From contig JBILDU010000050.1 of NCBI GenBank assembly GCA_044352465.1, positions 1 to 21,488 of the forward strand: a stretch of 21,488 bases of DNA. The letters are read 5' to 3'. A program made the translations under genes and the position numbers. This document shows, piece after piece, positions 14,601 through 21,488 of this stretch. The notes under the pieces are model-generated. The model ran no database searches. It was given only the letters and a program-made list of their open reading frames with translations, and was not told where the DNA came from. This DNA is from Bdellovibrionota bacterium (GTDB lineage Bacteria > Bdellovibrionota_C > UBA2361). Each line of letters starts with the position of its first letter. Position 1 is the first letter of the stretch.

Positions 14601-16076
14601 ATGTCCATCGACCTCAACGCACTTCTTGGTCAGATCGGTCGCGATAAGGGTATCGACAAACAAGTTCTTGTCGAAGCGATTGAGTCGGCGATGTTGTCTG
14701 CGGCGCGAAAGCATTACGGTCACGGTTTGAACCTTGAGACGAAGTTTAATGAGGACTCGGGCGAGATCGAAGTTATCGAGTTTAAGACGGTGGTCGATCG
14801 TGTCGAGGACCCGGACACTGAGATTACGGTTGATCAGGCTCGCAAGGAGTATGACTCCGAGGCGATGGTGGGAGATGAGCTCGGGAAGAAGCTCGATACG
14901 AGTGCCTTAGGTCGTATCGCTGCCCAGACCGCCAAGCAGGTGATCATTCAGAAGGTGCGGGACGCCGAGCGTGGCGTCATCTTCGAGGAGTACAAAGATA
15001 GCAAGGGCGAGCTCATCAATGGCATCGTCCAGCGGTATGATCGCGGCAACGTGATCGTCAATCTCGGACGAACGGAAGCGATTCTCCCGAAACGCGAGCA
15101 GATCATGCGCGAGCGGTACCGTCAGGGCGACCGGGTGCGGGGGATGATCCTCGATATCGATCGCTCGGCTCGTGGGCCTCAGATCGTGTTGACCCGAAGC
15201 CACCCCGATTTCTTGAAGAAGCTCTTTGAGCTCGAGGTTCCGGAGATCGCCGAGAAGGTCGTCGAGATCAAGGCGGTGGCGCGTGAGCCCGGCGAGCGGG
15301 CGAAGATCGCGGTCTCATCGAACGACATGAACGTCGATCCGGTCGGGGCATGTGTCGGTATTAAGGGGTCACGTGTTCAAGCGGTGGTGCAAGAGCTGCG
15401 GGGTGAGCGCATCGATATCATTACCTGGACCCCCGATGAGCCGTCTTTCGTCGCCCGCGCATTGTCGCCGGCGGAGGTCGCTCGTGTGGTTCTCGATGAC
15501 GAGAACCATTCGATGGAGGTCATCGTTGCGGATGACCAGTTGGCCCTGGCGATCGGTCGGCGGGGTCAGAACGTGAAGCTGGCAAGCCGTCTCTCAGGAT
15601 GGAAGCTCGATGTTCGCAGTGTCTCGGTTGCTGAGGAAGAGACGAAGCGGGCGCGTCAATCGCTTGAGGCGATTCCGAATATCAACTTTACTCACGCTGA
15701 GTTGCTCTTTCAGGAAGGGTATCGCAGCGCCAAAGATGTGTCTGAGGCGACCCTTGAGGAGCTTATGGAGGTTGAGGGCATTAGTGCTGAGCTCGCCTCA
15801 GAGATCCTCAAGAACTCGCGGGAGTATGTGGATCGGCTCGAAACTGAGGGGGAGCGTGAGGCTTCTTTGAAACCTTCAACGGTAACCGATCTCGATAAGC
15901 TCACCCTTTCTGCTGAGCTGAAGCAGATGCTTCTTGGTGGTGGATACTCAACGATTCAGAGCCTCGTTGAGGCTGATCCCAACGATCTTTTAGCGATTGA
16001 AGGGATGGGTGAAGAGGAGATGACTTCGATAAAGGAGGCCACCGACGGCTTCTTGCGCCCGACTCCGCGGTTGTAA
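14601..16076 (+). CDS. nusA: Transcription termination/antitermination factor NusA, with C-terminal acidic repeats
   Basis: GRIAAQTAKQVIIQKVRDAER, S1 domain, LFELEVPEI, AREPGERAKIAV, DPVGACVG.KGSRV, LAIGRRGQNV.LA. Alternative GTG start at 14592 overlaps the rimP stop. Confidence 0.98.
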   Translation: MSIDLNALLGQIGRDKGIDKQVLVEAIESAMLSAARKHYGHGLNLETKFNEDSGEIEVIEFKTVVDRVEDPDTEITVDQARKEYDSEAMVGDELGKKLDTSALGRIAAQTAKQVIIQKVRDAERGVIFEEYKDSKGELINGIVQRYDRGNVIVNLGRTEAILPKREQIMRERYRQGDRVRGMILDIDRSARGPQIVLTRSHPDFLKKLFELEVPEIAEKVVEIKAVAREPGERAKIAVSSNDMNVDPVGACVGIKGSRVQAVVQELRGERIDIITWTPDEPSFVARALSPAEVARVVLDDENHSMEVIVADDQLALAIGRRGQNVKLASRLSGWKLDVRSVSVAEEETKRARQSLEAIPNINFTHAELLFQEGYRSAKDVSEATLEELMEVEGISAELASEILKNSREYVDRLETEGEREASLKPSTVTDLDKLTLSAELKQMLLGGGYSTIQSLVEADPNDLLAIEGMGEEEMTSIKEATDGFLRPTPRL

Positions 16077-16083
16077 CGGAACC

Positions 16084-16410
16084 ATGGCGGGGCAGCGACG
16101 AAGGTGTGTCTCGTGTGGCCGAAGCGAAGCGAAGGGTTTGCTCCTTCGCTTCGTGTGTGGAGAGAAAGGTTTTGAGTGGGATGCTCTCCACGTCAAGCCA
16201 GGGCGGGGTGGGTATGTTCACCCCCAGGTGCGGTGTTGGAGTCGGATGAGCGAGGTAAACCGTTGGCGGTTTGCGCTCAGGTGTGGGGAGGAGCTCACCC
16301 GCGAGGGGCTCGTCGCCGCAATGGATGCGGTTCGAGATCGGATCGAGGGGCTTAACCCCGAGACAGAAACGGCGAGCTCGAAGGAGCGTGGTCGGAGAGT
16401 TCGGTTTTAG
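16084..16410 (+). CDS. ylxR: YlxR/DUF448 family RNA-binding protein
   Basis: RRCVSCGR....LLRFV and PGRGGYVH...CW motifs, in the usual position between nusA and infB. Confidence 0.88.
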   Translation: MAGQRRRCVSCGRSEAKGLLLRFVCGEKGFEWDALHVKPGRGGYVHPQVRCWSRMSEVNRWRFALRCGEELTREGLVAAMDAVRDRIEGLNPETETASSKERGRRVRF

Positions 16411-16473
16411 GGTTGTAGAAAAGGCCTCGAGCGAGGTGAAGTTTTTTTAGCGCAGCGTGCTTATAAGCTAGTT

Positions 16474-19101
16474 ATGTCAAAAATGAGAATATACGAGTTG
16501 GCGAAGGAATTGGGCGTTGATAATCGCGTCGTGTTGATGCGTGCCCAAGAGCTCGGAATGCCGGGTAAGACTTCCCACTCGAACTCCCTCGACGCTGATG
16601 AGGCCGACCAGATTCGGCGATCGATACTCCGCCAGGCGATGGCCCCAGCGAAAGATAGCGAGGTGGTCACCACCCGGGTGGATAAGCTCTCGGGCACTAC
16701 CGAGGCGATAGTCGAGCGTCGCAAGGGTAACGTGATTCGTCGGCGGAAGGCGACCGACGAAGTCGCCGGTACGGCTGATGCAGGGCAGGTCTCGGAGCTA
16801 GAAGCTGCGTCCGTATCGCCTGAACTCCAGGCGGCGGAGGATCTATTCGTCCGTCCGGCGGAGCTCCCAGAGGCGCCGGTTCCGGCCGCCGAAGAAGAGG
16901 TGCCGGAGGTTCCCGAGGTCGAAGTGGTGCCTGTTGAAGTTGCTGCTCCTGAAGCGCCGCCGGCTCCGCTCGAGGCGCCCCCAATCGCTCCAGCGAAGGC
17001 CGCCCCAGCCAAGGTAGCCGAAGCCCCGGTCGCAGTAGTAGCGACGAAGACTATCGGGCCAAAGATTCTCGGCCGGATTGAATTGCCCCAAAAGAAGGCG
17101 CCGAAGCTCGAAAAATCATGGGCTCCAGCAGCTCCGGTCGCTCCAACAGAGGGCGAGGACGAAGAGGACTGGAAGAAGAAGTCAAAGAAGAAGGGAAAGC
17201 GGCGTGAGATTAGCCGGGTTGACTTCCTCGACTACGATGGTCACGGCGGCGGTCGACGTGGTCCGAAATCGAGAAAGTCGGGTGAGCGCGGGGAGGATCG
17301 CAGCTCCCAAACCGAGTTAACGACTCCGCGCGCTTCGAAGCGGGTCGTCAAGATGGAGGAAGCCATCTCAGTGGGTGAGCTTGCCAGACAGATGAGTCTT
17401 AAGTCTGGTGAGATCATCGCGAAACTGATGCAGCTTGGTGTTATGGCGACGATCAATCAGATGATCGACCAAGACACGGCGACCATCGTGGCCGAGGATT
17501 TCGGATTCACGCTGGAGTCAACCGAATTCAAAGAGGGGGATATCTTCGGCGCTGAGCCAGCGGAGGACCCCGCTGACATGGTACCCCGTCCCCCGGTTGT
17601 CACGGTGATGGGCCACGTCGACCACGGCAAGACCTCGTTGCTCGATTCGATCCGGAGTGCCTCGGTTGCAGCGCGTGAGGCAGGGGGGATCACCCAGCAT
17701 ATCGGCGCGTACAGTGTTACGTTGGCCGATGGCCGTAAGATCACCTTTATCGACACTCCGGGCCACGCAGCCTTTACGTCGATGCGTGCGCGGGGTGCGC
17801 AGGTGACTGATATTGTCATTTTGGTCGTTGCGGCGGATGACGGCGTTATGCCTCAAACCATCGAGGCGATTAATCACGCCAAGGCTGCCGGTGTGCCGAT
17901 CGTTGTTGCGGTTAATAAAGTCGATAAGCCCGATGCGCAGCCTGATCGGGTGAAACAACAACTCACCGAGCACGGTTTGCAGCCGGAAGAGTGGGGTGGT
18001 GAAACCATGTTCTTTGGTGTGTCGGCGCTCAAAAAGACCGGCATCGCTGAGCTTCTTGAGGGTGTGCTCCTCCAGGCTGAAGTGAAAGAACTTAAATCAA
18101 ATCCGAAACGGCGCGCACGTGGTACGATCATCGAAGCACGCCAGGACCGCGGGCGGGGTACGGTAGCCACGGTACTCGTGCAGAGCGGAACGCTCCGTTT
18201 GGGCGATATCTTCGTCTCTGGCCCCGAGTCGGGACGGATACGTTCGATGCTCGATTTTAACGGCGCCGCAGTGGAAGAGGCGGGCCCCTCGATGCCGGTT
18301 GAGATCACCGGGCTGAGTGGTGTGCCATCAGCGGGGGATGACCTCATGGTGGTAGAGAGCGAGTCGGATGCTCGCGAAATCGCGGCAAATCGCGCGGCCA
18401 AGAAGCTGGCGAAGGAGCAGCGTGCTCTGGCTACCGGGCCGATCAGCCTCGAAGAGTTTGCAAAGCGGGCCCAAAATGTGGCGGCGGCTGAGCTCAACGT
18501 CATCTTGAAGGCTGACGTGCACGGTTCTGTCGAAGCCGTGGAGGCTTCGCTAGAGAAGCTCTCGACCGATAAGGTGAAGGTGCGTGTGCTTCACGCCGCC
18601 GTTGGTGGGGTGAACGAGAGCGATATCCAGCTCGCCATCGCATCCAAAGCGATCGTGATTGGATTCGGGGTTCGGGGAGAGCCGCGCGCGCTTCAAGATG
18701 CCGAAAATATCGGTGTGCAGGTCCGATTCTATCGGATTATTTACGAGCTCATCGATGATGTGAAGAAAGCGATGGCGGGACTTCTGGCGCCGATTAAGCA
18801 AGAGGCGCGCCTCGGTCGAGTCGAAGTTCGTGAGACCTTCATGGTACCGAAGATCGGCGCGATCGCTGGATCTTATGTGGTCGAAGGTGTGGTCAAGCGC
18901 GGTGCGAATGTGCGCCTCGTGCGTGATAGCCGGGTTATTCACGAGGGTAAGATGTCGAGCTTGCGTCGCTTTAAGGACGACGTGCGCGAGGTTCAAGCTG
19001 GGTACGAGTGTGGTATCGGCATCGAAAATTACAACGACGTCAAAGTCGGTGATATTTTCGAGGTCTACGAGATTAAGGAGATCGCCGCGACCCTTGAATA
19101 A
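16474..19101 (+). CDS. infB: Translation initiation factor IF-2
   Basis: [12 protein letters not shown]-terminal motif, Pro/Ala/Glu-rich linker, [71 protein letters not shown]. Confidence 0.99.
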   Translation: MSKMRIYELAKELGVDNRVVLMRAQELGMPGKTSHSNSLDADEADQIRRSILRQAMAPAKDSEVVTTRVDKLSGTTEAIVERRKGNVIRRRKATDEVAGTADAGQVSELEAASVSPELQAAEDLFVRPAELPEAPVPAAEEEVPEVPEVEVVPVEVAAPEAPPAPLEAPPIAPAKAAPAKVAEAPVAVVATKTIGPKILGRIELPQKKAPKLEKSWAPAAPVAPTEGEDEEDWKKKSKKKGKRREISRVDFLDYDGHGGGRRGPKSRKSGERGEDRSSQTELTTPRASKRVVKMEEAISVGELARQMSLKSGEIIAKLMQLGVMATINQMIDQDTATIVAEDFGFTLESTEFKEGDIFGAEPAEDPADMVPRPPVVTVMGHVDHGKTSLLDSIRSASVAAREAGGITQHIGAYSVTLADGRKITFIDTPGHAAFTSMRARGAQVTDIVILVVAADDGVMPQTIEAINHAKAAGVPIVVAVNKVDKPDAQPDRVKQQLTEHGLQPEEWGGETMFFGVSALKKTGIAELLEGVLLQAEVKELKSNPKRRARGTIIEARQDRGRGTVATVLVQSGTLRLGDIFVSGPESGRIRSMLDFNGAAVEEAGPSMPVEITGLSGVPSAGDDLMVVESESDAREIAANRAAKKLAKEQRALATGPISLEEFAKRAQNVAAAELNVILKADVHGSVEAVEASLEKLSTDKVKVRVLHAAVGGVNESDIQLAIASKAIVIGFGVRGEPRALQDAENIGVQVRFYRIIYELIDDVKKAMAGLLAPIKQEARLGRVEVRETFMVPKIGAIAGSYVVEGVVKRGANVRLVRDSRVIHEGKMSSLRRFKDDVREVQAGYECGIGIENYNDVKVGDIFEVYEIKEIAATLE

Positions 19102-19130
19102 GGTCCTCGGTGAGAGCAGCGTAAGAGCGT

Positions 19131-19520
19131 ATGGCCAAGCAGCGTCGGGTCCATAAAATTGCGGAGCAGATTCGTAATTCGATCGCCCTGCAGCTTCAGC
19201 GGGTGGCTGACCCGCGCTTTTCGCTCGTCACGATTACCTCGGCTGTCGTTAGCCCGGATCTGCGCCAAGCCAAAGTGTATTGGATGGTTGGCGGTGACGA
19301 AGAGCGTCATGCGGAGGTGGCTGAGGCTTTTGCGAGCGCGGCGGGACTTTTTCGTCGGGCGATCGCAGCCGAACTAGGAATTCGGTTCGTTCCTGAGCTT
19401 AAATTCTACTACGATGACACATTTGATACCTCCGATTCTATCGATCGTCTCTTCGCTCGTATTCGAGCGGAAGGTGAAGCTCGGGAGGAAACGATAGAGG
19501 GTGACGACACCCCGGAGTAG
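19131..19520 (+). CDS. rbfA: 30S ribosome-binding factor RbfA
   Basis: R..KIAEQIR, DPRF..VTIT...VSPDLRQAKVY, IRFVPELKFYYD. Follows infB. Confidence 0.96.
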   Translation: MAKQRRVHKIAEQIRNSIALQLQRVADPRFSLVTITSAVVSPDLRQAKVYWMVGGDEERHAEVAEAFASAAGLFRRAIAAELGIRFVPELKFYYDDTFDTSDSIDRLFARIRAEGEAREETIEGDDTPE

Positions 19521-19549
19521 CGGAGACTTCTTTTTTTGGGGAGCCTACT

Positions 19550-20542
19550 ATGACGTACCGAGGAGAACCCCTGACCGCTCTCGCCGCGGCTATTCATGCG
19601 GCTCAGTCGATCGTTGTTCTGAGTCATTACAATCCCGATGCTGACGCTTACGGCTCAAGTTGTGGCCTCACCCTGGCTCTGCGACAGCTTGGAAAGAAGG
19701 TCGTCTGCATCAATGAAAATGGGGTGCTGCCCCGTTACCGTTTTATCCCAGGTGTGGCAGAAGTTGCCAATTCATTTCCAGAGGGAGCTTGGGACCTGTT
19801 GATTACGTGTGACTGTGGCGACAAAAAGAGAATCGGTGAGACTCTGAAGGATGGGCTCGGCCGATTTCCGAAGATCATAAATATCGATCATCACGCTTCG
19901 AACGATCTGTTCGGGCACCTCAATTACGTAATTGACTCCGCGAGCTCGGCATCGGAGATAGTTTTCGACCTTCTCGAGGCACTCCACGCGCCGATTTCTG
20001 CGGAGGTGGCGCTGTGTCTCTTCGCTGGTATTTCAGCTGACACAGGCTCTTTCCGTTATGCCTCGACCGCGGCGAAGACCTTTGCCGTGGCTGAAAAGCT
20101 CGTTTCCGCCGGCGCACTGCCCGCCAAAGTAAGTCAGGCTCTTTACGGGAGCGATAGCCTCGCACTCGTGAAGCTTCATGCCGATGCAGTCAATCGGATG
20201 GAGCTCCTTGCCGGGGGCCGAATCAGCGTGATCGCCGTCACGCAAGCGATGTTTCAGGCGCACGGAGCGCTCCCCGAGGATGCCGACCCACTGGTGGAGA
20301 GGGGGCGTGATATCGTTGGCGTAGAGATTGCGGTGCTTTTAAAGCAAGATCCCGAGTTATGGCGAGTGAGTCTTCGGTCGAAATCGCCGGAGCTCGATGT
20401 CTCTGAGGTGGCCCAGTTTTTTGGGGGTGGCGGGCACAAGATGGCGGCGGGATTCCGCTGGCGTCGCGATGCCGCTGAGCTACGGCCATTGCTGCTGCAG
20501 AAGCTCGAGGCGTTACTGAACCGAAGAGTAGGGAGTACCTAA
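19550..20542 (+). CDS. nrnA: DHH/DHHA1 family bifunctional oligoribonuclease / pAp phosphatase (NrnA-like)
   Basis: SHYNPDADAYGS, TCD, NIDHH, DTGSFRY, VSLRS, GGGGHKMAAG. GGGGAG RBS, and the typical position between rbfA and truB. Confidence 0.9.
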   Translation: MTYRGEPLTALAAAIHAAQSIVVLSHYNPDADAYGSSCGLTLALRQLGKKVVCINENGVLPRYRFIPGVAEVANSFPEGAWDLLITCDCGDKKRIGETLKDGLGRFPKIINIDHHASNDLFGHLNYVIDSASSASEIVFDLLEALHAPISAEVALCLFAGISADTGSFRYASTAAKTFAVAEKLVSAGALPAKVSQALYGSDSLALVKLHADAVNRMELLAGGRISVIAVTQAMFQAHGALPEDADPLVERGRDIVGVEIAVLLKQDPELWRVSLRSKSPELDVSEVAQFFGGGGHKMAAGFRWRRDAAELRPLLLQKLEALLNRRVGST

Positions 20543-20770
20543 CAGGCTTGCGAGACGTATTCACGTTTGAGAAGCGGGGGCTGATTTCAAAAAGGGGCTC
20601 AGGCCATTTTTGACTCGCTCCACGATCTGCCGGGAGAGAGACGGTTGCACCCTAGCAAAGCGTCGCTCCAAACGCCTCCTGCGTTAGCCATCGCGGCATA
20701 AGGCGATGCCGAATCTGAGGTCGAGATAAGATGAGAGATATTCTGAAACCGAACACGTTTGGAGCAGGTG

Positions 20771-21488
20771 ATGTCTGAGGGGAGCCCTGCTCGCCGCAAG
20801 CGGTGTGCCATCGATGGGGTACTTCTCATCGACAAGCCGACCGAAATCAGCTCCGCGCAGGTGGTGGGGAAGGTCAAATGGCTCCTCCAGTGTGAAAAGA
20901 TAGGTCATGCGGGTACGCTAGACCCTGGAGCCTCGGGGCTCCTCGTTTGTCTCTTAGGACGAGCAACAAGGCTCGCAGCTCATGCGGAAGCCGGAATAAA
21001 AACCTACTCCGGTTCGGTCGAGCTCGGGTTAACGACCTCGACAGATGATATAAGTGGTGAGGTGCTTTCAAGGTCACCGATCTCCGTTACCCGTGAGAAT
21101 ATAGAGCGCGTGGCGGCTTCCTTCGTTGGCTCCATCCAGCAGGTGCCACCAAAAGTCTCAGCTCTCAAGGTGGGTGGCAAAAGAGCGTATGCCTTAACCC
21201 GTCAGGGAGTCGATGTTGAGCTCGCCCCCCGTCGGATCACGGTCTACGAGCTCCATATTAAGAATGTTGAGGTAACGGGCTTCGACTTTGTGTGTGTTTG
21301 CTCCAAGGGAACGTATATACGCTCGCTCGCGCGTGACATCGGAGCTAAGCTCGGGTGTGGCGGTACGCTCAAATCGCTCCGGCGCGAGCTTTCCCAGCCA
21401 TTTAGTGTAGCTCACGCGACGCGGTTGGACGGGGACCTCACGGCTGCTATACTTCCTTGGTTCGAGCTCTTCCCCAAGACTCCCCGCG
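20771..21488 (+). CDS. truB: tRNA pseudouridine(55) synthase TruB, 3'-truncated by the window edge (absent from the ORF track)
   Basis: Translated by hand from ATG 20771: MSEGSPARRKRCAIDGVLLIDKP...KIGHAGTLDPGASGLL...KTY...QVPP..SALKVGGKRAY...CSKGTYIRSLARDIG...LRR. No stop before the window end. GGAG at 20761-20764. Confidence 0.97.
   Translation, partial: MSEGSPARRKRCAIDGVLLIDKPTEISSAQVVGKVKWLLQCEKIGHAGTLDPGASGLLVCLLGRATRLAAHAEAGIKTYSGSVELGLTTSTDDISGEVLSRSPISVTRENIERVAASFVGSIQQVPPKVSALKVGGKRAYALTRQGVDVELAPRRITVYELHIKNVEVTGFDFVCVCSKGTYIRSLARDIGAKLGCGGTLKSLRRELSQPFSVAHATRLDGDLTAAILPWFELFPKTPR

Noticed and set aside
16780..17170. Repetitive PEAP/EVP-rich stretch within infB
   Set aside because: This is the ordinary low-complexity IF-2 N-terminal linker, not a DNA repeat array.

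Overview
This is a GC-rich core-genome segment from a bacterium. The gene order rimP-nusA-ylxR-infB-rbfA-DHH-truB suggests a deltaproteobacteria-like lineage such as Bdellovibrionota or Myxococcota (inference only). Nearly all genes are on the + strand: the 3' part of glmS, a truncated dcw cluster (mraZ-rsmH-ftsL-ftsI, no murE after it), aroC, an exported FKBP-type PPIase, lepA, anmK overlapping a PPP-family metallophosphoesterase, gnd, and the rimP-nusA-ylxR-infB-rbfA-nrnA-truB(partial) operon. The only supported minus-strand gene is a trypsin-like serine protease with a signal peptide and a C-terminal membrane anchor. I saw no mobile elements, CRISPR arrays, tRNA or rRNA genes, and no clearly new multi-gene system. 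The best leads are: the anmK-phosphatase pair, the unusual protease architecture, a ~130-nt rod-like RNA structure before lepA, a 10-bp anti-SD pairing in the truB leader, and a highly structured rimP leader. All structures were found by eye and were not computationally folded.
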